This document shows, in pieces, positions 56,090 through 63,600 of a DNA stretch of 64,000 nt. This stretch comes from Phycisphaerales bacterium (GTDB lineage Bacteria > Planctomycetota > Phycisphaerae > Phycisphaerales > UBA1924). The stretch's first letter is position 1. Each line of letters opens with the position of its first letter. Made by a program: the position numbers and the translations under genes. The notes below the pieces were generated by a model. It was not told where the DNA came from, did no database searches, and was given only the letters and a program-made list of their open reading frames with translations. The stretch covers positions 20,833 to 84,832 of the forward strand of contig JBGAOZ010000019.1 in NCBI GenBank assembly GCA_044221545.1. Reading direction: 5' to 3'.

Positions 56090-57190
56090 ATGCACCCCCG
56101 CCACCCCTTCGATCGCCTCCTCCCCGGCCATTCCCTCACCTCCGACGAGGCCGAGGCCGTCTTCTCCGACCTGCTCGCCGGCGCCTACGACGACGCCCAG
56201 ATCGCCTCCATCCTCTCGCTCATCCAGGCCCGCGGCCCCACCGTCGATGAACTCATCGGCGGTGCCCGCGCCATGCGCCGCTGCGTCCGCGCTGTCCCCG
56301 CATCCACCTCCGGCGGGCCCATCATCGACACCTGCGGCACCGGCGGCGCGCCCAAGACCTTCAACATCTCCACCGCCGCCGCGATCGTCGCCGCCGCCGC
56401 CGCCGGCCCCGCGCGCATCCGGGTCGCCAAGCACGGCAACCGTTCGCGCTCCGGACGCGGCTCGGCCGAGGTGCTCGCCGCTCTGGGCATCAACATCGAT
56501 GCGCCCCCAGAGGTCCAGGCCCGCTGCCTTGATGAGATCGGGGTCTGCTTCTGCTTCGCGATCCACTCGCACCCGGCGATGAAGCACGCCGCCCACGTGC
56601 GCAGGTCCCTGGCCTTCCCGACCATCTTCAACCTGCTCGGCCCCCTCACCAACCCCGCGCACGCCGGCCGTCAGCTCATCGGCGTCTACGGCCGCGAGGA
56701 AGCGCAGAAAGTCGCCCACGCGCTCGCGGGCCTGGGCGCGGAGCGGGCCTGCGTCGTCCACGGCTTCGATGGCATGGATGAGATCACCACCCGCGACAGG
56801 ACGCACCTGTTCCAGGTCTACGGCGCGGGCGTCCATTCCACGACCGGCTGGGCGGCCCGGGCCGGCGCAGCGCCGACGATCGCGTACGGCGACCCGGTGA
56901 TTCCCGAGACGTTTGACGCCCAGGACCTGGGCATCCCTCGCGCCCCGGCGGGCACGCTCGAAGCCCGAGACCTCGCGCACGGGGTCGAGATCGTCCGAGC
57001 CGTCCTCGCGCCCGGCCCACCGGTTGAATTCTCCCACGCCCGGAACATTGTCACCCTCAACGCCGCCGCCGCCCTCGTGATCGCCGGCGCTGCCGACTCA
57101 CTCCCCACCGCACTGCTCGCCGCGAACCTCGCCATCGACTCGGGCGCGGCCCGATCCACGCTCGCCGCACTCGCCCAACTCAGCGCCTGA
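56090..57190 (+). CDS. trpD: Anthranilate phosphoribosyltransferase
   Basis: ATG 56090 gives MHPRHPFDRLL. Motifs: DTCGTGGAPKTFNISTAAA, KHGNRS, NLLGPLTNP. The listed ORF begins at TTG 56051. Confidence 0.9.
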   Translation: MHPRHPFDRLLPGHSLTSDEAEAVFSDLLAGAYDDAQIASILSLIQARGPTVDELIGGARAMRRCVRAVPASTSGGPIIDTCGTGGAPKTFNISTAAAIVAAAAAGPARIRVAKHGNRSRSGRGSAEVLAALGINIDAPPEVQARCLDEIGVCFCFAIHSHPAMKHAAHVRRSLAFPTIFNLLGPLTNPAHAGRQLIGVYGREEAQKVAHALAGLGAERACVVHGFDGMDEITTRDRTHLFQVYGAGVHSTTGWAARAGAAPTIAYGDPVIPETFDAQDLGIPRAPAGTLEARDLAHGVEIVRAVLAPGPPVEFSHARNIVTLNAAAALVIAGAADSLPTALLAANLAIDSGAARSTLAALAQLSA

Positions 57191-57494
57191 ACAAACGAGC
57201 CCTCAGCGCAAGCTCAGGGTGCCTCTGCCTGCGCCACGACACCTCGGTGTGGCACGTGGAACATGTGCATGCGTGTGCGCACAGAATGTGACATGCCCGG
57301 AAATCCCCTATTACGCCCGTCTGCGGGGCGGCAACGCGGGAGGCCCCGCGGGCCCAACCGTGCCGCCCGAACCGTTCCTGGGGCGTCGTCGTGCAGATCG
57401 CTTGTTGTGCGCCAATCTGCTCAAAAACGCTCGAAATGCAGCGATTGGCGGTGGCCCGGCGCTTGACCCACACCGGCCCGGAGCGGGGAGCTCA

Positions 57495-57935
57495 CTACTT
57501 GCTCAGCAGCCGCAGCACCCCCGGCCCGCGCTCGTACCGGGGCACGCCCGCATCGGCCGCGAGCGACCAGAGCTCCATGCCGCCGGCGATCGACATCGCG
57601 TTGGGGTGGCCCAGGGCCCGCAGCGCCAGCGCGGCCTTGAGTGATCGCACGCCGTGGTGGCACATGATCGCCAGCTCCTGCCCGGGCGCTGCTTCGATCT
57701 CGTCGTGGCGTTTCTCGATCTCATCGAGCGGGATGTGCACAGCGCCCTCCAGGTGCACCAGGTCCCACTCGGGCTTGGTGCGCACATCCACCATGACCAT
57801 CCGGCCCGGCTGCTCGAAGATCGTCCTGGCATCGCGGGGGGTGATCTCCAGCGCGGGCTTGAAGGGGTAGCCGGCGGGAAGTCCGCGAGCATCGAGGCCC
57901 GGTGAGGATGGCGGGTTGCCTGCGGGGTTGCTCAT
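57495..57935 (-). CDS. Rhodanese-like sulfurtransferase domain protein
   Basis: VDVRTKPEWDLVHLEGAVHIPL, plus the active-site loop CHHGVRS. Confidence 0.8.
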   Translation of the reverse strand: MSNPAGNPPSSPGLDARGLPAGYPFKPALEITPRDARTIFEQPGRMVMVDVRTKPEWDLVHLEGAVHIPLDEIEKRHDEIEAAPGQELAIMCHHGVRSLKAALALRALGHPNAMSIAGGMELWSLAADAGVPRYERGPGVLRLLSK

Positions 57936-57995
57936 CGCGGGTACTCCTGGCGGCGGGCGGCGTGGGTAGGCGTGTGCGGTCGGACCGGGCCGGAA

Positions 57996-58679
57996 CTACT
58001 TTGATCCGGGCGCTGCGGAATTGGTTTGGGGACCGGTCCCGGGCTGGGATTGGGCGGGCAGGCCCGGCCCGGCTTCGTGCGAAGCGCTCGCCGGCTCCTG
58101 GCCGGCGGGCCAGCGGTCGTAGCTCCACGAGGGGCTCCAGTAGGTGCGGGACTGGGGCTCGAGCAGGAGCCTGAAGGGAACGGCGATCGCCTCGCCGGTC
58201 ATGACCAGGGGCATGTCGATGCTCTCGACGAGCTGGGCGTCGGTGAAGCCGCCATCAAGTTCCAGAGCGGTGAGGGCGGTGGGGAACTGGCCGCGCTGTC
58301 GGGCGGTGGCGTGCTTGAGCTGGAGTGTGTCGAAGTAGGTGGGCCGGTGGCCGGTGCCATCAACGGGCACGAGGAAGGGGGTGGTTTCCCAGTTGGCGCG
58401 GTCGATGGCGAGCAGGGAGCGTTTTCCCTCGGGGAAGGCGGGCACTGGGCTGGGGAGTTCTTCTGCGCCGCTGGAGCCATCCTGCGGCCCCTGGAGCGCG
58501 CCGGGGCGATCGGGGGTGAGGGCTTCGAGCTCGACCTCGTGGCCGATGGTGAGCCGTTCGTTGTCCGAGACGCAGCCGGTCGGGCCGGCGAGCCCCAGCA
58601 GGCAGGCCGCGCCCGCGAGCGCTGCGATCGGCAGCGCCCGCTGGGGTGAGGAGGGCATCGGGTTGCGGGGAAGGACCAT
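57996..58679 (-). CDS. Lipoprotein of unknown function
   Basis: MVLPRNPMPSSPQRALPIAALAGAACLLGLAGPTGC (lipobox). 227 aa. Confidence 0.6.
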   Translation of the reverse strand: MVLPRNPMPSSPQRALPIAALAGAACLLGLAGPTGCVSDNERLTIGHEVELEALTPDRPGALQGPQDGSSGAEELPSPVPAFPEGKRSLLAIDRANWETTPFLVPVDGTGHRPTYFDTLQLKHATARQRGQFPTALTALELDGGFTDAQLVESIDMPLVMTGEAIAVPFRLLLEPQSRTYWSPSWSYDRWPAGQEPASASHEAGPGLPAQSQPGTGPQTNSAAPGSK

Positions 58680-59250
58680 GCCGCAACGGTATCAGATCCA
58701 CAGCGCCGGATCGAGTGCGGGCCGGGCGAGCCAACCGCGCCATCGCGCGGCGGGCGGCTTGTACAATGGAAGCATCGAGAGCACCGGGGGCTGCCTCAAA
58801 GCCAGGGCCGCCCACATCGCCGCGTGCTCGGGGAGTCCTCATGCGGGAGACCGAATCCCGGGAGGGGGCGCGTGCTGGTCCAGCGACGACATCGAGGCCG
58901 CGCGGCTGGCTTCTCGTGGGGCCGCCAATGCCTTCAACCGGCCCTGGGGTGTTCAAGGACCCACACCCGACCAGCGGTGGGATGCCCGCCCGCCGATCTC
59001 CCGCGAGCGACGGACTCTGTTCGTGCAGAGCGTCGATCGCTTCCGCGCCGCGATCGCGGCCTCCTGGCTGGAGCGTCAGAACTCACTCAACACCGGGGCG
59101 ATGCACGCCCCGGACCAGATCCCGGCGGGCCCGCGGTCGAGCGTCGACCGCGCCGCCATCCGCTCGGCTCTCGTCGAGCTGGGCGAACTCACCGTCAGGA
59201 GACCCGCCAATACGTCCACCCATTCTCCTCCGAAAACGCGCAGAAATTAG
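58678..59250 (+). pseudogene. Orphan gene stub (host-like GC); only the last ~125 codons look protein-like
   Basis: Frame 1 is open from 58339. From about 58870 it reads ...DDIEAARLASRGAANAFNRPWGVQGPTPDQRWDARPPISRERRTLFVQSVDRFRAAIAASWLERQNS...ELGELTVRRP, with G/C third positions. The N-terminal half is low-complexity and overlaps the divergent lipoprotein start. Confidence 0.3.
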
Positions 59251-59271
59251 CCGAGCAGCACAGGCGCATGG

Positions 59272-59766
59272 GTGGATGGTGACTGGAGTGGGGATTTGGC
59301 TGTAGGCGGTAGCATGGGTGGCAGCGGAGGTGTTGGTGCCGGTGGCGAGCTTGTGGGAGGACAAGGTGGATATGCTTGGGGTGAAGAAATCACGGGAAAT
59401 AGGAAGGGACGCGATGTGCGGTTCATCTACTTCGGAGGTAATCTATTGATCGGCACTGGAGGCCTTGCGTATGATACCGTGGATTCCAAATGGCTTTATT
59501 ACTTTGGAGTCGGTGGGAAGGTTACGGCGCTCGGAGCAGGGGTGCATGGCGAGGCTGTTGTTTATGGAAAGCTTGAAGACTTGATAGAACTTATTGCGTA
59601 TTTTAATTCGGGCTCGACCCCTCCACCACCACCAACACCGCCCTCATCATATCATCCGACAATCAACCCAGGTGTCTTCAATATTATCCAGGGCTTGTGG
59701 TCTCGGTGGACTGGGAATCCACATTGTTATTATTATTCTGCAGACTCCAATAGTTGCATGATATGA
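59272..59766 (+). CDS. Low-GC islet ORF1: glycine-rich/glycine-zipper protein with poly-Pro linker and Cys/Tyr-rich tail
   Basis: GTG 59272 (ATG 59314). Sequence features: GGSMGGSGGVGAGGELVGGQGG, FGGNLLIGTGGLAY, FGVGGKVTALGAGVHGEAVV, PPPPPTPP, NPHCYYYSADSNSC. A/T-ending codons contrast with the host genes. Confidence 0.55.
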   Translation: MDGDWSGDLAVGGSMGGSGGVGAGGELVGGQGGYAWGEEITGNRKGRDVRFIYFGGNLLIGTGGLAYDTVDSKWLYYFGVGGKVTALGAGVHGEAVVYGKLEDLIELIAYFNSGSTPPPPPTPPSSYHPTINPGVFNIIQGLWSRWTGNPHCYYYSADSNSCMI

Positions 59767-60284
59767 TAGACAAAGACCATAATCCAAAACTTTGCCGCGT
59801 TGTATCCGTCGGCACCTGCATCATCGGACTTTGGCTTATCTTAGAAGTCCTTGGGCAAATTGGTTCGCATTATTACTATAAACATTCAATCGGCTCGGTT
59901 GTCAACTGTACCGCATCTCCAGGCGGCATGCATGCATCCGACAAAGTGTTCATATCCGTCAAGTATAGGTACGTGGTCGATGGACAAGCTTTCTTCGGAG
60001 ACGGCTATTCGCATGTTTCTGGGTCACGATTCGCATGCGATAGGTTCGAAATGCCGAAATATGCTGGAATTTATGCGATAAACTCTCCGGTCGATGTGTA
60101 CTACTGCCCGCTCATCCATTCCATTGCGGTATTGAATACTGATGTTACAAATGCAGATTATGTGCAATTCGCGGGTGGAGCGTTTATTATATTTGCTGGA
60201 GTGTTTGTTTGGCTTTTCTATGGACGCCACCAGCGAACAATGATCGTGAAGGGCGACCACCAACCCAGTTTACGCACCATGTAG
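59763..60284 (+). CDS. Low-GC islet ORF2: DUF3592-like protein with N- and C-terminal TM helices
   Basis: ATG 59763 overlaps the ORF1 stop as ATGA (the listed ORF starts at TTG 59754). First TM helix VVSVGTCIIGLWLILEVLG. The core ISVKYRYVVDGQAFFG...SPVDVYYCPLIHSIAVL follows. Second TM helix FAGGAFIIFAGVFVWLFY. Confidence 0.6.
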   Translation: MIDKDHNPKLCRVVSVGTCIIGLWLILEVLGQIGSHYYYKHSIGSVVNCTASPGGMHASDKVFISVKYRYVVDGQAFFGDGYSHVSGSRFACDRFEMPKYAGIYAINSPVDVYYCPLIHSIAVLNTDVTNADYVQFAGGAFIIFAGVFVWLFYGRHQRTMIVKGDHQPSLRTM

Positions 60285-60452
60285 CCTCCAAGCCTGTCAA
60301 TTATTGGATCGCACCGCTTCAACTCGATCGAGAGGTAGCGCCTCTGCAGTACGCTCAAATTTGGATCCTATCCGTGCTGAGCTAACGTCTTGGAGGTTCT
60401 GCTCCGTCCCCCATGCGCGTTGGGCGCTCAACAATGGGGGCGGGAGGCTCTC

Positions 60453-60694
60453 ATGGCGGCGAAGAACGGCGTGAACGGCACGGGTGAGATCGTCGGCGAG
60501 GAGATCCAGCGGTGGACCAGCGGTCGCAAGGCCGCCGTGGTCCTGGACGTCATCAAGGGCAGGGCCACACCGGCGGACCTGGCGCGGCAGCATGATCTCA
60601 CCGTCGGCGAGATCGAGGGGTGGGTCGAGAAGTTCCTCGAGGGCGGGCGGGAGGGCCTCCGCGCCGTGCCGCGTGACCTGGAGGCCCGCTTCGA
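60453..60694 (+). pseudogene. Truncated HTH transposase gene (IS3 OrfA / DUF1153-like)
   Basis: GGGAGG RBS and ATG 60453. MAAKNG...IQRWTSGRKAAVVLDVIKGRATPADLARQHDLTVGEIEGWVEKFLEGGREGL. The ORF then runs into repeat sequence at 60695. Confidence 0.55.
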
Positions 60695-60832
60695 CGGCAG
60701 GTGGCACCGGGGTCCGCGATCAAACGAAGGGCCTCCAAACCGTGCCACCGGGGTCGGCTCTGCGACCCCGGTGTCTTGGTTCTCTCTCGATCCCCATCAC
60801 ATGAACCCCTTCCAGTTCACCCACGATTGAGG
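60695..60832 (+). repeat. 138-bp REP-like repeat unit, copy 1
   Basis: About 90% identical by eye to 61009-61148. Contains the 11-bp hairpin CACCGGGGTCG-GCTCTG-CGACCCCGGTG (60746-60773) and an extra CACCGGGGTC at 60705. Confidence 0.8.
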
Positions 60833-61008
60833 CCTTCCCGGCGGCGGATCGCACTCGATTTCCCCCTCGCGCAGGCCCATCCACCACCGCACACTCGACC
60901 AGCGCCACTCCTCGGGTGCGAGCACCAGCCCGCGCTCGACCGGGTTGCGGTGGATGTACCGGACCTCGCGGCAGAATTCGTTCTCATCTCGCACGTTGCG
61001 GTCGAACC
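60833..61008 (-). pseudogene. Remnant of a REP-associated tyrosine transposase (RAYT, IS200-like), C-terminal part only
   Basis: The minus-strand ORF 60797..61021 reads ...NEFCREVRYIHRNPVERGLVLAPEEWRWSSVRWW..., matching the YIH-x-NPV-x-x-GLV...W-x-WSS block of RAYTs. No catalytic N-terminal half is present. Confidence 0.6.
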
Positions 61009-61148
61009 CGGCAGGTGGCACCGGGGTCCGTGATCAAAACCATGGGCCTCCGCGCCGTGCCACCGGGGTCGGCTTTGCGACCCCGGTGTCTTGGTTCTCT
61101 CTCGATTCCCATCACATGAACCCCTTCCAGTTCACCCACGACTGGGCC
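61009..61148 (+). repeat. 138-bp REP-like repeat unit, copy 2
   Basis: Direct repeat of 60695-60832. The hairpin lies at 61061-61088, with loop GCTTTG. Confidence 0.8.
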
Positions 61149-61308
61149 GGGTGCCCGGGAAAACGCTGTGACGGGGGTGGCATACTCAACCTGCTCTGAG
61201 GTTGAGCACGTGAATTCGAAGCACATGCCCAAGCTCAGAGCAGCTTGAGCATTCCACCGGGGCAGCTCGTTTCCCCTCCGTGTTCCCCGTGGCCCCCGTG
61301 TTGATCCC

Positions 61309-61617
61309 TCAATTCAGCTCGAGCAAAAACGCCTGAAGCTCCGAGACCGCATGGCCATCGCCGGCCTTGCGGGCGCGGGCGATCCCATCCTGGAGCGTCT
61401 GCTTGGTCTCGGCCATCCGTTCGATCGCCTGCTGGCTGCGGGCTTTGTGGTAATACGCGTAGCAGTAGTCCGGATCGCTCACCAGGCAGCGGTCGTAGTA
61501 GGTGATGGCGGTCTCGTGCTGGCCGAGTTTGGCGTATTCGTGGGCGAGCCCGTAGAGGATGAAGGCATCGCCGGGGTCGGCCTTGAGCAGTTTTTCCAGG
61601 GCCTCGATCGACGGCAT
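61309..61617 (-). CDS. Small TPR-repeat protein
   Basis: ATG at complement of 61615-61617 gives MPSIEALEKLLKADPGDAFILYGLAHEYAKLGQHETAITYYDRCLVSDPDYCYAYYHKA, two to three TPR motifs. The listed ORF extends to 61788. Confidence 0.75.
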   Translation of the reverse strand: MPSIEALEKLLKADPGDAFILYGLAHEYAKLGQHETAITYYDRCLVSDPDYCYAYYHKARSQQAIERMAETKQTLQDGIARARKAGDGHAVSELQAFLLELN

Positions 61618-61656
61618 CGGTGACGGTAGACGGGGCCGGGGGTGCGGTCGACTGCT

Positions 61657-61729
61657 GGCCCGGCACTGGTTCAGTGGGGTAGGTGGAGTGGACACAGCCG
61701 GGACGGACTGTGCCACGAGACGGGTAGAC
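61657..61729 (-). repeat. Conserved intergenic element, copy B (upstream of the TPR gene)
   Basis: Reverse complement of the copy A core at 61693-61729 (37/37 identical), with the extension at 61657-61692. Confidence 0.7.
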
Positions 61730-61836
61730 TGAGCCAGGGCCCTCCTCTCCCTTCCCTCCCGCCCGCGCGGTATCCTTCGGTCTCTCAACCCACCCTTCCC
61801 ACCAGAATCTCCCGTGGCGGTTCAGGAGCCCTCGCG

Positions 61837-62712
61837 ATGAATGTCAAGACCCTCGGAATCATCGGCGCCGGCCAGATGGGCGGCGGGATCGCCCTGGTGG
61901 CAGCGCTCAACAAGTTCAGCGTGGTGGTCTACGACAAGTCGGTGGACCAGCAGCACAAGTGCGAGGCCGACCACAAGAAGCGCCTGGCCCGCGAGGTCGA
62001 GAAGCAGCGGATCCCGCAGGCCGATGCCGATGCGGCGGCGGCGCGGATCAAGTACTCGCACGTGCTGGACTTCGTCAAGGATGTCGACTTTGCCATCGAG
62101 GCCGCGGTCGAGAACCTCCAGGTCAAGAAGGAGATCTTCACGAGCCTGTCCCGCATGCTCCGGGAGGATGTCATCCTGGCAACGAACACCAGCTCGATCA
62201 GCATCACCGAGATCGCCGCGGCGGCCGAATCGGCCCGCAAGGGCGCCGGGGCTCGCGTCATCGGCATGCACTTTTTCAACCCCGTGCCGGTGATGAAGCT
62301 CGTCGAGGTCATCAAGGGCGTGCAGACCGCCGAGGCGACCACGGCGAGCACGCTCGAACTGTCCAAGCTGCTGGGCAAGACGCCGATCCCGGCCAACGAC
62401 CGCGCGGGGTTTGTGTCAAACCGCGTGCTGATGCCGATGATCAACGAGGCGTTCTACGCGTGGATGGAGGGTGTCGCCGAGCCCGCGCACATCGATGAGA
62501 TCATGAAGCTGGGGTGCAACTTCCCGATGGGGCCTTTGCGGCTCGCGGATTTCATCGGCCTGGACACGTGCGAGCACATCATGAACGTGCTGGCCGATGG
62601 GCTCAACAACGACCGGTACCGGGCGTGCCCGCTGCTCAAACAGCTGGTCGCCGCGGGGCGGATGGGGGACAAGAGCGGGCGCGGGGTGTTTGATTACTCG
62701 CAGCAGAAGTAG
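61837..62712 (+). CDS. hbd: 3-hydroxybutyryl-CoA / 3-hydroxyacyl-CoA dehydrogenase
   Basis: AGGAG lies 8 nt before ATG 61837. Motifs: LGIIGAGQMGGGIA, ATNTSSISIT, GMHFFNPVPVMKLVE, FVSNRVLMP. Confidence 0.9.
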   Translation: MNVKTLGIIGAGQMGGGIALVAALNKFSVVVYDKSVDQQHKCEADHKKRLAREVEKQRIPQADADAAAARIKYSHVLDFVKDVDFAIEAAVENLQVKKEIFTSLSRMLREDVILATNTSSISITEIAAAAESARKGAGARVIGMHFFNPVPVMKLVEVIKGVQTAEATTASTLELSKLLGKTPIPANDRAGFVSNRVLMPMINEAFYAWMEGVAEPAHIDEIMKLGCNFPMGPLRLADFIGLDTCEHIMNVLADGLNNDRYRACPLLKQLVAAGRMGDKSGRGVFDYSQQK

Positions 62713-63117
62713 AAGGCACTGGGTATCAGGCACTGGGCACTTGTGCGAGGCGGGAAGGCTCCCGGGGCCGGACGGGTCTCCGGTGCGATCTCCTGCCCGC
62801 TCGGCGGTGGCCCGTGGGGCTTGGTCTTGAATGCTCGCGAATCGGAGCCGGCATAGACTTTGATGGATGCTCGCCATTGCCTGACCATCTCCGCCGGCCC
62901 CTGATTCCGCTTCCTCTTGACGCGTGAATCCCGGTGCTCGCTGCGCCCGACATTCGGGCCGCGGGACTGCCGGCGGTGCTGCATCTCTCACTCCAACACC
63001 ACCAGGTCCGATACACACGCAACACCATCGCGGTTGCTCGCATCCCGCGCCCCCGAGCCTTCCACGGGGAGAGCACGCGTCCGATGCCTTCGCCCGCGCG
63101 AGAGAATCACTCCACCA

Positions 63118-63477
63118 ATGCCTCACGACACTGCTTCACGCGGCTTTACCTGCTGCCGATGCCGCTCGCCCGTGCCCGACCAGTCCTGGGGAACCAACCA
63201 CCGCAACCACTGCCCACGATGCCTGTGGTCCCGCCACCTCGATAACCAGCCCGGCGACCGGGCGAGCCCGTGCCGGTCGGCGATGGAGCCGATCGGGATC
63301 GAAGTAAGAGAGGGCGGCGAGTGGGCGATCATCCATCGATGCTCGGCCTGCCACACGCTGCGGACCAACCGGATCGCCGGCGACGATGATGAGCGGGCCC
63401 TGCTCGCGCTGGCCCTGCGTCCGATCGCCAACCCCGCGTTCCCGCTGGATTCCATCCGGCCGATGCCGGGGCCGTGA
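63118..63477 (+). CDS. RNHCP-domain zinc-ribbon protein
   Basis: ATG 63118. FTCCRC...GTNHRNHCPRCLWSRHLD...IHRCSACH carries the eponymous RNHCP motif and Cys clusters. Confidence 0.75.
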   Translation: MPHDTASRGFTCCRCRSPVPDQSWGTNHRNHCPRCLWSRHLDNQPGDRASPCRSAMEPIGIEVREGGEWAIIHRCSACHTLRTNRIAGDDDERALLALALRPIANPAFPLDSIRPMPGP

Positions 63478-63600
63478 GCGGCCCGCGACCGCCACGCCCG
63501 CCGTATCGAGCGCACCGGGCACCGTGGATAGGCGAACAACTGGACTACCGGGGATCCCCCCGGCGCGGTAGACTGGGGCGACCCCTCAGAGGGAGACAAC

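Noticed and set aside
57191-57494. 300-nt ORF-free region after trpD as a possible ncRNA
   Set aside because: It has several short palindromes (GTGCGCAC, CGCGGG-AGGC-CCCGCG), but I recognise no family-like structure, promoter or terminator. It would need an Rfam scan or RNA-seq.
59272-59313. Double-glycine bacteriocin leader at the start of islet ORF1 (…DLAVGG)
   Set aside because: The residues at -4, -7, -8 and -12 do not fit the L-x3-E-L-x2-I-x-G-G consensus. No C39 peptidase/ABC exporter gene lies nearby.
60040-60055. tRNA T-loop-like GGTTCGAAAT
   Set aside because: It lies inside islet ORF2, with no acceptor, D or anticodon stems around it. I found no other tRNA-like cloverleaf in the intergenic regions I read.
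60695-61148. Possible CRISPR array
   Set aside because: There are only two repeat copies, each 138 bp long. The 176-bp spacer encodes a transposase remnant. No cas genes are present.
62713-63117. 400-nt ORF-free region after hbd, starting with the tandem GGCACTGGG-tatca-GGCACTGGG
   Set aside because: The 9-mer duplication is too short to interpret and the rest shows no recognisable structure. The listed ORFs here are shadows or the upstream extension of the RNHCP gene.
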